A program made the position numbers and the translations under genes. A DNA stretch of 63,693 nucleotides, the filler included, from Octopus bimaculoides (taxonomy: Eukaryota): the NCBI RefSeq assembly GCF_001194135.2. It is 5 parts of 5 records of this genome, joined end to end, with 100 filler letters (N's around TTAATTAATTAA, not from the genome) between each part and the next. Parts side by side here need not be neighbours in the genome. Positions count along the whole stretch, not along the records: positions 7,878 to 30,796 come from NC_068981.1; 4 more parts are not named here. One strand, written 5' to 3'. The stretch's first letter is position 1. Each line of letters starts with the position of its first letter. Shown in pieces: positions 12,003 to 23,900 of this stretch. The notes under the pieces are model-generated. The model saw only the letters and a list, made by a program, of their open reading frames with translations, did not search any database and had not been told where the DNA came from.

Positions 12003-12351
12003 GATCTATAGATGGATAGATACATAGATGTGTGTGTGGGCGTGTGTGTGTATGTGTGTGTGTGAGCGCGCGTATGTGTGTGTGTTTGTGTGTATACATG
12101 TATACCGTTGTACATTTATTTACCTGTTTATTAGTATTAGATGCTAATAGGAATTTTGCATTGAAAGTGTCTTTAATCTCCTTCTTGGTTTATCTAGAAT
12201 CGCATACAGAGTGGAGTAACTTATTGATCTCACCAAAAATGGAACAGTAAATTGCACAAACACTCATGCAAACACACACACAGATACACGCACACAGATA
12301 AACACACACACTCATAGACACATGCAGAGACACATGCACATGCATACGAAG

Positions 12352-12384
<33 letters not shown>

Positions 12385-12864
12385 CAGACATACAATCACA
12401 CATACACAGTCACACACAAATACATAAGCGCGCACGCACATTTATTTAACAAAAGGGGAAAAATTCGTTTTGGCTTGAACATGGAGTTTTTATGTTAAAG
12501 AATATTCAACTATAAGATATGTACGTGGTTGTAAGAATTGTGGTTTAATGTCAGATATATTATGTCCTGTGTTAAACAAATTCAAAGCTAAGTTGCAACT
12601 GACCGTAAAAAAATAATACTTATAATTATCGCTAAAATTAGATCCATTAAACTGGTAGGATATAATTGTCAAAACATTATATAGATTTAAATGCTAATAA
12701 AAATGAATACATAAAAGTTACAAAAAACCCGAAGTACAGCGTCACAAAATTTCTGACTACAATTCTATTCAAATGCGAAGTATAATGACAAGGTTTCTAG
12801 TTTGAATTTTGTTCGAGCTGAAAACTGCAAAGTGAAATCAAACTGCTCTCACATCAAGTTCACA

Positions 12865-13463
12865 GGTGGACGGTGCAAGTGAAACTAAATGAATCTGACC
12901 ATCACGTGGTGTACCAAAAATGGGAAGTTAAAAGTAAAAAAAAAAAAAACACAATATGGGCAGCTAAAGTTCAAGAGCGATCATGCATCTGCTACAAATA
13001 CACCAGAAGAATGATGGGCGTAGAGAAAATAAAACATGTGCCTTTTATCATCGGCTTCTTAGCATTCCTAACTCGCTGTTCATATCAGTTGACGAACAAA
13101 GTCCGTTTTGCGATTGCGAGATATTACCATTATGCCATTACTACTGTTGCTTTTTTTAAAAATTATTTCATGTGTTTGATTCACGTGTATATTTTTAAAA
13201 ATCTGTTTAATATTTAATATCGTGATTCTAACCAGTCTAAGACTCTTATTGTGTACTTTCTATATAACTCTTGTAGCATTTTATCTCAGATAAGATTACT
13301 CAAGATGTTTTGTCCTCAACGCAAGCATTACGTTAAAAGGGTGGACGGTCCAAGTGAAAATAAATGGATACAACCGTCACGTGGTGAACCAAAATGAGTT
13401 GTTAAAAGTAAAACACCACAATTTGGGCAGCTAAAGTCCAAGAGCGATAATACGTTCGCTACA
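12865..13463 (+). repeat. Diverged ~125-bp direct repeat pair (12865-12996 and 13340-13463)
   Basis: Shared blocks ggtggacggt.caagtgaaa, tcacgtggtg, gttaaaagtaaaa, gggcagctaaagt.caagagcgat, gctaca. Confidence 0.85.
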
Positions 13464-13896
13464 TATCCAGATAATTAACCAGAGAATTAATCGTGAGGGT
13501 GATATACGAAAACCAGAAGAAAAGATGTAGCCAGAAGAAAAAAATATACAACAAGTGTTAACAAAAGTGTACATGCAAAAAAAAAAAAACATGAAGAAAA
13601 TGTGTCCAATAAAAATGAACAATACAGTAAATATGAAAACACAGCCAAAAGCTCATGTTGATGGTTGAAAATGTTAATAAAGTCTTTAGAAAATTCCTGT
13701 TATTTCTTGCAACATCAAAATCAAGAAAGCACATAAAAATGTAATGACAGAAAATAGTGGGTAATAAACAAAGGATTTTGTTATTTTAAATTTATTGTCT
13801 AGAATATTTCAATGTATAAGATTTTACACGTAGTCTTCTGATGTGAAGTCAGAAAATGAGTCCAAAACAGTGTAAATGTAAAAAGTTCAAGATATT

Positions 13897-14197
13897 AGGC
13901 GAGAGGGGTGGCTGTGTGGTAAGTAGCTTGCTAACCAACGACATGGTTCCGGGTTCAGTCCCACTGCGTGGCACCTTGGGCAAGTGTCTTCTACTATAGC
14001 CTCAGGTCGACCAAAGCCTTGTGAGTGGATTTAGTAGACGGAAACTTAAAGAAGACCGTCGTATATATGTATATGGATATATATATGTGTGTGTTTGTGT
14101 GTCTGTGTTTGTCCACCCAACATCACTTGGCAACCCATGCTGGTGTGTTTACGTCCCCGTAACTTAGCGGTTCGGCAAAAGAGACCGATAGAATAAG
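13897..14197 (+). mobile_element. tRNA-derived SINE (family B), 5' part through the central domain, cut by a gap
   Basis: gtggctgtgtggtaagtagcttg (A box), ggttcagtccc (B box), internal (TA/TG)n, and gtttacgtccccgtaacttagcggttcggcaaaagagaccgatagaataag. Confidence 0.85.
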
Positions 14198-14619
14198 NNN
14201 NNNNNNNATATATATATATATATATATACATATAATGCACTCAATGCTGAAAGTGAAAAAAGTAGGCGCAAGTAAGAAAATTCTTTTAAAGAATTTTTTT
14301 TTACTCTGAGCAATTAAGTAAGTCTCGGAATTCGTATAAGAGAAAATTGACGAAAGCTGCAAAGCAAAATATATAGCTCTAATAGTAAAAGTCAGCAAAT
14401 AACTTTCAGTAGTAAAAGTTGAACTGGTGGGTAGATGGTCAAGAGAAGTTCGACTTGCAGTGTAGAACCCTGAAGCAATACACTGAACAAAGGATATTGA
14501 ATTGAGCTGTTTGTTTTGCTTGCGACGAACAAAAGGGTGTTGAAATAAGTTGTTTCAAACAAATTTTAGCGGCGTCGTTGACGGAGAAAAAAATAATCTG
14601 CTGGTATCATGAAGAAAAA

Positions 14620-15300
14620 AAATGCTATTAATTCAAAATGTCGTTGGCCGAGTGTTCGTCAAGTTAAAACATGTTGCGAAATGAGAATGCTGGTAGATTG
14701 TGATCGCAACGTAAACGTGAAACTGCAGAAATATAGACAGACGTTGATTCAAGACGCATGTCAATGGTGAAAGACAAAATGTGAAAACTGCCAAACTCCG
14801 ATCCAGAAATTCTTCTTGCAATTTCTGAGGAAGGGAGCTGAAGAAAATTGAAAAAATATGGGATGAAAAGGTTGCCGTGCAGCTGAAATATTACAAATTT
14901 TCCCATTTTCCGGTCGTGAGAAAAGGGGAAATGACTTCTAATGCAGGGACAAACCTTCACAATTGTGTTATACACAGAAAATATGTGGCGAAATTGTAAA
15001 ATTGACAGAAACAACAGATGAAGAAAACCGAACTTGGTAATACAAGGGCGAATCTTGGTGGTTTGAAATCTTGTCAATGTCAAAAACAGCGAAAGGAACT
15101 GGAGAACAGTCATACTGTCATCGTTATAAGAAAGTGAATTGTCTAGAAATAAACACTGGCAGGAGTTTAACTCAGCAAACATTTCTAGCAAAAAGTGACG
15201 CAAACAACGTTCTCAAAATATTGGAGTTGGAGGAGTAGTGAGAGTTGATAAATGTACATCAAAATCGTTCACGCAGTGCTTATGTTGGAAAGGTGAAAGA
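14620..15300 (+). pseudogene. Possible degraded Merlin/IS1595-like transposase relic
   Basis: Fragments DACQW*KTKCENCQTPIQKFF (zinc-ribbon-like) and NIGVGGVVRVDK (cf. IGGPGxxVEIDES). Similarity is weak. Confidence 0.3.
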
Positions 15301-16707
15301 GCAGCTGTAACAGCCTTGCGAAGGAGTTTTCTAACCGGAAAAAAATGTTTGCAATATGCAAGTTACTGAATTTCAAACATTGAAACGATAATTAATTGAC
15401 AAATGTCACCAGGTTTGCTGTTAAAATATATTCAAGACTTTTAACGTAGTGACATAGCGTTAGAATGAAAATTAGCGTTGGTAGCTGGATGAATTTTTTT
15501 CCTGCTATACGTTCTAAATTGACGCAAGTCGCCAATCAGATTTTTAGAAACACGCACAGTTTCAACACCAAACATGTAGTTACACTAAACTTTCCTTGAT
15601 AAGATGTTTTAAATCGGTTTACTCTTCAGAAGCTGGTCATCTTCCATGGCTCAGTGGGTATTTTGTGGCAGTTTGAGTGTGATGCATCTCACTCGTTTCT
15701 GTTCGTTATTTTTTTCATGTATACTAATTATCAAAACTCACTAGAAATACTTACTCATGAATGTTTATTTGTCAAGAAATTTATTTTAGTATACCTCGAA
15801 TTAAATCGAAAAGCGTTGTGTGGAAGAAATCTAAATCTAAATACAATTGAGTAAATTTTTATCTATGCATTTGAATCATTAACAAAGAGATAACCAGATC
15901 CAAATCGATTTGTCGTTACATTTTTAGCTTCTTATCCGTATCAAAAACGAAAATCAAGTTGTCCTGGTAACAATTGTATCAGAAATTTACTACTGCCTCT
16001 TTCGATGAAACTGGCAATCAAAAAACCTCAGTTGTTTCGTTTGCAAGGACACTAGCAGCCCACCCCTAAATATATTTTTTTGAAAATCTCTTTATCTTAT
16101 TTATCCCGACTTCTAACATCTCTTTTCTAATTTATTGTTGAAAACTACGTATCGAGCTTATCTTGGTATTACACTTTCGATTGGATCGAAAGCAATGTGC
16201 TGCTTTGAACAACCTTGTGTGAATACTAAGTTAAATTACGTTTGTATACTTTATTTCTAGTATGTTTAAAAACAATGTTTCGATCATTTTGCAGAATCGT
16301 GGTGGATATGATCAACATTTAAACTGGCAATCTGTTTGCTACATAGACACCGTGTATTTATTTACTCGTTCGTAAATACAGAAGGATGAAGATTCAAATC
16401 CTGCGATCTGTTAGAAAAAGCATGTACTGTCTCTGCATCAAATATGTAGTCTCGCGTGTATCTATTTCGCGTTTATTTATGAGACACTTTAACACGATGC
16501 CGTTCTAAACTGATTCCTTTCTTCTTTTATATATTTACGTGTTTCAGCCGACTGCGTCCATGCTGGTTCAAGGGAAACTATTATAAATTTTCTTCTTATC
16601 TAGGGTAACAGTTATGCTTTTTCCATCTTATCTTATATATTATCTTCTCTCTATACATATCTTTTATTATATTATATCATATACTATATATTATATTATA
16701 TATATAC

Positions 16708-16759
<52 letters not shown>

Positions 16760-17508
16760 NNNNNNNNNNNNNNNNNNNNNNNNNNNNNNNNNNNNNNNNN
16801 NNNNNNNNNNNNNNNNNNNNNNNNNNNNNNNNNNNNNNNNNNNNNNNNNNNNNNNNNNNNNNNNNNNNNNNNNNNNNNNNNNNNNNNNNNNNNGTTGCAA
16901 AACGCCTAGTGGGAGGCCCTACCTTCCGAATTCTTTTACAAGGCTTTGTAACCTGTGAGACCGCCACACTAAATGTGTGAATCTGAGACTATGTTTAATG
17001 AAATTATAATTAACTGATACACCTGTATTTTCTTTTAACCCAAACCAGGAACTTCTCAGCCCCGCCGACTTGTATAGGGTTGTGTGAGAGTGTGTGTGTG
17101 TGTGTGTGTGTGTGAGTGTGTGTGTGTGTATGTGTGCGTGTGTGTGTGTACGTGTGCGTGTGTGTGTGCGTTTGTGTGTGTGTGTGTGGATATGTACAAT
17201 CATGATAAGACTGGAAATGGTAAAAGACTTAAATATGTTAGAAATATGCTCAGATATGACTCAAATATATTCATTTGAAATAAACAATACAATTCATATG
17301 TTAAAGATAACATATTAATATGCGGACACGGAGATTATGAAATGTTGTATGATATATGGAATTAGATAAAATATAAAATTATTTACAAAGTATATATGTG
17401 TGTGCGAATTTTATGTACAATTATGTGCAAATTATGTTACCCTCTTATTGGTCAAGTTAATCTTTCATAATATTGTGAATAGCTTCTATGTTTCATAGTT
17501 TACACTTC

Positions 17509-18030
17509 CTAAGTCGCGTATTTGTCGTTTTTAATTCGATCAAGTTTTCTTGCACACGCACAAGCAGTGCCTACATTAATCACAATTGGTTTATACACGT
17601 ACAGTCCAGCAACACATTTATTAGTACGTTTGAGGACAGTCATTTTGGTATATACTGTCACACATTGGTGCTTGCTGCTGCTAACGTCTAGACAGTCTCT
17701 GCAGCGACACACTACTTCAGTACGGGATGAAGGGAAAACTGTTGAATCATGGGTAATATTCACGTACCACGGGCAGGTCGAACGTTCACGGATGATATCA
17801 ATAGATACAGAAGATGTTGGGCAGGTTGTATCCCCGTCGATCAATGGTTTCTGGTCACTTCCGGCTGGAGTTACTTCAGCCGGTAGAAAAAACTTATAGC
17901 CAAAGGCTACACGGGACAGTCTCTTGTACCGGATTTTCAGATTTCTTGGTATTTTGCATTGGGTTGGAATTGACGCCCATGATACAAACGAGATGACGCT
18001 GGAGAGAAATATTACAATGTGGCAGAGAAC
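17509..18030 (-). CDS. IL17: Interleukin-17-like cystine-knot cytokine, main coding exon (173 aa + stop; a short upstream ATG exon is missing or unlocated)
   Basis: Polypyrimidine tract + AG acceptor (ctctctgacag|GTT, AG at 18032-18031), then an open frame: VLCHIVIFLSSVISFVSWASIPTQCKIPRNLKIRYKRLSRVAFGYKFFLPAEVTPAGSDQKPLIDGDTTCPTSSVSIDIIRERSTCPWYVNITHDSTVFPSSRTEVVCRCRDCLDVSSSKHQCVTVYTKMTVLKRTNKCVAGLYVYKPIVINVGTACACARKLDRIKNDKYAT*. It has a hydrophobic signal peptide, RSTCPW (cf. RSxSPW), CxCxxC and terminal CxC motifs typical of IL-17. TAG at 17511-17509. Confidence 0.92.
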   Translation of the reverse strand, partial: VLCHIVIFLSSVISFVSWASIPTQCKIPRNLKIRYKRLSRVAFGYKFFLPAEVTPAGSDQKPLIDGDTTCPTSSVSIDIIRERSTCPWYVNITHDSTVFPSSRTEVVCRCRDCLDVSSSKHQCVTVYTKMTVLKRTNKCVAGLYVYKPIVINVGTACACARKLDRIKNDKYAT

Positions 18031-18354
18031 CTGTCAGAGAGAAAATATCTTTGTCAATGTTACATGAAATATGAGGCACATTTGTTGGCTTTTTCAAAGA
18101 ACTAATTTACTTTAGGCACATATATCAATTTACGATGACCTGCTTTATGAAATTCTATTACAGAACGTTGAATGAGTGACAAATAACGGAGTGATATGTG
18201 AAAACACAAATATAAACAAAATATAAAGAAACCACCAACAAAATAAAATCATTGCTTTACAGCTTATCTCAACCGTTATATTCTTTAACAGCTGTCGTAT
18301 TTGTTTCAGTCGAGAGAAAGAGAGGAGAAACGGAAGGGAAGTAAACATAATATT

Positions 18355-18355
<1 letters not shown>

Positions 18356-18415
<60 letters not shown>

Positions 18416-18543
18416 GAAAGGGAAGTAAACATACATATTGAAAGAAAGAGAGATAGAGACAGACAGACAGATGGACGGACAGAGAAAGACAGACAGACGA
18501 GAAAGAGACAGAAAATGAGAGAGTATGTGTATATGTGTATGCG

Positions 18544-18639
<96 letters not shown>

Positions 18640-18640
18640 G
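18356..18640. repeat. (AG)n microsatellites in the IL-17 upstream/intronic region
   Basis: Two long (GA)n tracts directly visible. Confidence 0.95.
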
Positions 18641-19288
18641 AGAGGCGTGTATCGAGAATAGACAAATGGATATGAGTTTCTAAATAAACAGTTGTAGTCT
18701 GTCAAAAAGTGTTTCTCAATATGTAGAAGTTTTAGTTTAGTCACTTCTTGAATTGATGGCAAGGGTGTGAGATGGCAATAGCTTGAACAATACATTATCC
18801 GAATCGACGCATTTGTGATGTTTTAATGACAACGTGAAATGCTACTCGCCATGTTTGAAATTATTGGAACGACTCTAACTGATATTTTGGTTACGCTTGT
18901 GCAGTTGCATAGCTATACTTAAGACCTTAGCTCCTCTGTTGTTCCCGAAATTTTCGCATGTGATTACGTTGATAAAGTAACATTAACGTGATATTTCGAA
19001 AAAAATCCAACTTGTTTATTTTTAGTAAGGCAATTATAACTTCAAACTAGAAAGGCAACCTATGTAGTAGAAGAAATATGTGTGTATATAAATATATAAA
19101 TACAAAGAAAGGAAAATAATATATTGGTGTAGACGATCTTTAATACAAAGTTGGTACAAATACAATAAAGATTCTACGAACTTTTTCCACGCTTAATTAA
19201 TTCCAAAGGCAAAACGAAACAAATAATCGTTTCGAAATCAAAATTAGGCTTTTCTTCAGGAATTCATTATTGGAGTAAATAGGTTCGA

Positions 19289-19320
<32 letters not shown>

Positions 19321-19892
19321 NNNNNNNNNNNNNNNNNNNNNNNNNNNNNNNNNNNNNNNNNNNNNNNNNNNNNNNNNNNNNNNNNNNNNNNNNNNATATA
19401 TATAGCATTACCGTCTAAAATACACATGAAGTTAATGAAAGAAAAATTTATTAATTACTAAGAATAATAGACTGAGCTAATTAAAAGATTAAAAACAAAT
19501 AAAAACCAATATACTATCCACTAAAACGTAATGAATACCATAACTAAAATTTAATGACATAATGATTTAAAACGAAAGTAAAAAGAAATTCATTTATTTA
19601 CAAATTGCTACATTTAAGTAAAATAGAGTAGTATCGCTTCAAGGTGAATAAATAAATTAATTAATCAAAATGAGTGAAAAGTAATTGCATGTAAAATTAC
19701 TTCAATCTCTCAATACTTGATAAACTTAAACCACTGAAAATATCTAAAAATTTTAATGTAAAATCTAAAAGAAAGAATTATTAGTTACAATAAAAACTTT
19801 ACGTTCCAAATTGAACCAAACTAAGAAATAAATATTTGCATACGTAAACATACATATATATACACATACACACATACATCTAAATGTAATAG

Positions 19893-20100
19893 TCTATATA
19901 TGTAAAACTGAGAATGTCTGTTGACTGTGTTTCTGTATGTGTACCTCACTAAAACTGGAGAACTACCCAACCGATTTCATACAAATTTTACACATGCCTT
20001 ACTTAGTGTCATGAGCCAAGAACATTTTCAACTTCCTGACTAATGCGAGCCTGGATCAATCTCTTATGATTTACAATATTTCAGTATTACGTGTCAAAAG
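19893..20100 (+). mobile_element. Non-autonomous Helitron-like repeat, copy 2
   Basis: TCTATATA..AAAACTGAGAATG start, and the same core as 2781-3050. Confidence 0.5.
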
Positions 20101-20323
20101 TCAAGCAATAACACTGCACATATGTATGCATGTATGTATGTATGTATGTATGTATGTATGTATGTATGTATGTATACAGATGTATATATGTATATGTATA
20201 GGCGAATATCTATAGATGTATATGTATATATGTATATATATACATGTATATATATTTATATATATAGATTTATATCTATATGAATATATGTTTATAGGTA
20301 TATATACTTATATAATGTGTATA

Positions 20324-20408
<85 letters not shown>

Positions 20409-21094
20409 GGATGTATATTTATAGATGTACTAGCTGAACAGCCGCCCAATCGAGAGGCTTTTAAGTTAGATCGTATGGACGGCACTTCATTGGGCTTTGC
20501 ACCATTAATGATAATTCATACATTGAGTATTTATTATAGTTTATTAAACTTGACCAATATTTTTGAAGCAATAAATAATTTTCATCAAAGTAATGATATA
20601 ATTTTGTCGACTTGGAACTTATTGCAAAGCTGCATGATAAACAACATTTTTTTGTCTTCTCATTTAGAGGACAGTACGATTTTTATCTGTCTAACTTCTT
20701 TCTTTCCCACCATCTCTCTCTTTCTGTTGATTGCTTTCAACTATCATTATCACCAGTACCACTACCATCGCCACCACAACTCACATACACCATTCAGACT
20801 TCTGACGCCACCTGTATAAATACCTTTGACTTCGCCGTCTTCCCCTCCACCATCATCACCACTGTCTTTCACATCGGTTACTGACCAAAATCACCACCGT
20901 CGCTTCTGCCTCTATGACAACTATCACAGCTCATACTATTAATATCACCCCATGACAATCACAACCGTCAATCTATTACCCTCTCTATGCCTACTATTAC
21001 TCTCACCCTATCACGGGGAATAGAGGAAGTTTCATTGAATAGTGAGAGAGGAAGTCAAAGTGGCATTTATTATTATAGATATGTATAGATGCTT

Positions 21095-21431
21095 ATGTAT
21101 CAATGTTGTTGGCACTCCGTCGCTTACGACGTCGAGGGTTCCAGTTGATCCGATCAACGGAACAGCCTGCTTGTGAAATTAACGTGCAAGTGGCTGAGCA
21201 CTCCACAGACACATGTACCCTTAACGTAGTTCTCGGGGATATTCAGCGTGACACAGTGTGACACAGCTGACCCTTTAAATTACAGGCACAACAGAAACAG
21301 GAAGTAAAAGTGAGAGAAACTTGTGGTAGAAGAGTACAGCAGGGTTCACCACCATCCCCTGCCGGAGCCTCGTGGAGTTTTAGGTGTTCTCGCTCAATAA
21401 ACACTCACAATGCCCGGTCTGGGAATCGAAA
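21095..21431 (-). mobile_element. tRNA-derived SINE (family C); head runs into a gap
   Basis: ttcgattcccagaccgggc B-box on the minus strand at the gap edge, followed by a GC-richer conserved body. Confidence 0.65.
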
Positions 21432-22289
21432 NNNNNNNNNNNNNNNNNNNNNNNNNNNNNNNNNNNNNNNNNNNNNNNNNNNNNNNNNNNNNNNNNNNNN
21501 NNNNNNNNNNNNNNNNNNNNNNNNNNNNNNNNNNNNNNNNNNNNNNNNNNNNNNNNNNNNNNNNNNNNNNNNNNNNNNNNNNNNNNNNNNNNNNNNNNNN
21601 NNNNNNNNNNNNNNNNNNNNNNNNNNNNNNNNNNNNNNNNNNNNNNNNNNNNNNNNNNNNNNNNNNNNNNNNNNNNNNNNNNNNNNNNNNNNNNNNNNNN
21701 NNNNNNNNNNNNNNNNNNNNNNNNNNNNNNNNNNNNNNNNNNNNNNNNNNNNNNNNNNNNNNNNNNNNNNNNNNNNNNNNNNNNNNNNNNNNNNNNNNNN
21801 NNNNNNNNNNNNNNNNNNNNNNNNNNNNNNNNNNNNNNNNNNNNNNNNNNNNNNNNNNNNNNNNNNNNNNNNNNNNNNNNNNNNNNNNNNNNNNNNNNNN
21901 NNNNNNNNNNNNNNNNNNNNNNNNNNNNNNNNNNNNNNNNNNNNNNNNNNNNNNNNNNNNNNNNNNNNNNNNNNNNNNNNNNNNNNNNNNNNNNNNNNNN
22001 NNNNNNNNNNNNNNNNNNNNNNNNNNNNNNNNNNNNNNNNNNNNNNNNNNNNNNNNNNNNNNNNNNNNNNNNNNNNNNNNNNNNNNNNNNNNNNNNNNNN
22101 NNNNNNNNNNNNNNNNNNNNNNNNNNNNNNNNNNNNNNNNNNNNNNNNNNNNNNNNNNNNNNNNNNNNNNNNNNNNNNNNNNNNNNNNNNNNNNNNNNNN
22201 NNNNNNNNNNNNNNNNNNNNNNNNNNNNNNNNNNNNNNNNNNNNNNNNNNNNNNNNNNNNNNNNNNNNNNNNNNNNNNNNNNNNNNNNN

Positions 22290-22322
<33 letters not shown>

Positions 22323-22342
22323 GTTTGTGTGTGTGTGTGTGT

Positions 22343-22740
22343 GAACTCCATCAGATCACAACTTTGTAGGACGTACCGCTTGGAGAATACCATATGCACC
22401 ACTGATAACTGCATGGTATGTAAGATTAGCCCTGGCATTAACTTTAAAACTAGAAATGTAGTCCACAGTAGAAGATGCATAGAAGGTGCTTGTAAAGAGA
22501 TAAACATGACATACACAGCTCAGATATCTAGGAGCATTGCGGAAAGACCAAATGAACATTTGAGACAATGTGGTTACAAAAACTGTTCTCCATACTCAAC
22601 TAACATGTCAAGGCCCAGCATGGAGGCAACCTGGGTCAACTTGACATCTGCATTTTATCCAAACACCCAAAGGACCCAACACTCAGACTAATTCAAGAGT
22701 ACATCTTCATAAATGAAACATGCCCCCTACTAAATAGGAA
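22343..22740 (+). pseudogene. Penelope-like element GIY-YIG endonuclease fragment
   Basis: CMVCKISPGINFKTRNVVHSRRC...YTAQISRSIAERPNEH, then after a frameshift HPKDPTLRLIQEYIFINETCPLLN. This matches the PLE GIY-YIG layout (NVVY..C..YIG.T.R.L..R..EH...R...E...I....P.LN). Confidence 0.7.
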
Positions 22741-23689
22741 ATATACGTAGTAGATAATCATATCCCCATACCCAGAGTTTATATTTATATACAGGTAGAC
22801 TAGTTAGTGGGCTGTTATGTAGATGTATGACTGTATGTATGTATGTATGTATGTATGTATGTATGTGTATACGTATACGCACATGTATGTAGGCAAATGG
22901 ATATGAAAGTAAACAGATAGACATACAGACGCATAGGTACATAGGCAATATGAACAGACAAGCACACATACACACAAACATACGCAAATGAAGATTGAAA
23001 CATGACCATATACATACACATTTCACTTAACACAAGGACTCATATGGAGACTATGTCCACATATATGAAGACACACATTTATGCATACAGAGTACATAGT
23101 CACAGAAACCTATACATACACACACACAGAAACACCCAGACATGCACACACAAGGAGACATAGGTACACACACATGCAAACACACACACACACACACACA
23201 CACATACATAAAAACACACAAACACTAACACAGAAACAAATACATGAATATGCAGAATACATATATACAAACGTACACATATACATACATATAGACATAC
23301 GCACACACACACACATGCATACACACATATGCATGCATACATATATGTATACAAACATACATACATATATTCATACATAAATGTGTATACGCCCACACGC
23401 TGACCCGCACGCATGCGCACAAACAAAGTACGCTGCCTAAATAAAGGACAGTGTCAGCAATTATTGAAGAGGTTGCAAGACGAAACGAAAATTTTAAAAG
23501 GATTAATTAGTAAATGAGTGTAAATTTTACCGGTGTGTGTTTTAAATTTTAAGATAGTAAAGATTATGACTCACCACAGTCACAACAGAATATGCTTTAA
23601 CAACGAACTCACATACAAAATCTTGAAAACCAAATCCCAAAACGAAATGCATGTGTGTGTGTGTATGTGTGTGTGTGTGTGTGTGTGTC

Positions 23690-23900
23690 TGTGTATGTTT
23701 GTGTGTGTCTGTGTTTGTCCCCCTCACCATCCCTTGACAACCGATTTTGGTGTATTTACGTCCCGGTAAATTAGCGGTTCGGTGAAAGTGACCGATAGAA
23801 TATGTACTAGGCTTCCAAAGGATAAGTCCTGGAGTTGATTTGTTCGACTGAAGGTGGTGCTTCAGCATGGCCACAGTCAAATGACTGAGACAAATAAAAG
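23690..23900 (+). mobile_element. SINE family B, 3' half
   Basis: tttacgtcccggtaaattagcggttcgg...aaggtggtgcttcagcatggccacagtcaaatgactgagacaaataaaag. Confidence 0.8.

Noticed and set aside
17522-17899. 125-aa plus-strand ORF
   Set aside because: Antisense shadow of the IL-17 exon with no recognisable motifs.
17894-18097. 67-aa minus-strand ORF overlapping the IL-17 5' part
   Set aside because: Alternative frame of the IL-17 exon/intron; the signal-peptide frame is the biologically coherent one.
18940-18960. NF-kB-like site (cccgaaattttcg) upstream of IL-17
   Set aside because: Does not fit GGGRNWYYCC well, and the TSS is unknown.
21310-22340. Long ORFs dominated by X (also at 6221, 11086, 23854, 25231, 28958, 40198, 41437, 61676 etc.)
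   Set aside because: They run through N-gaps and are artefacts.
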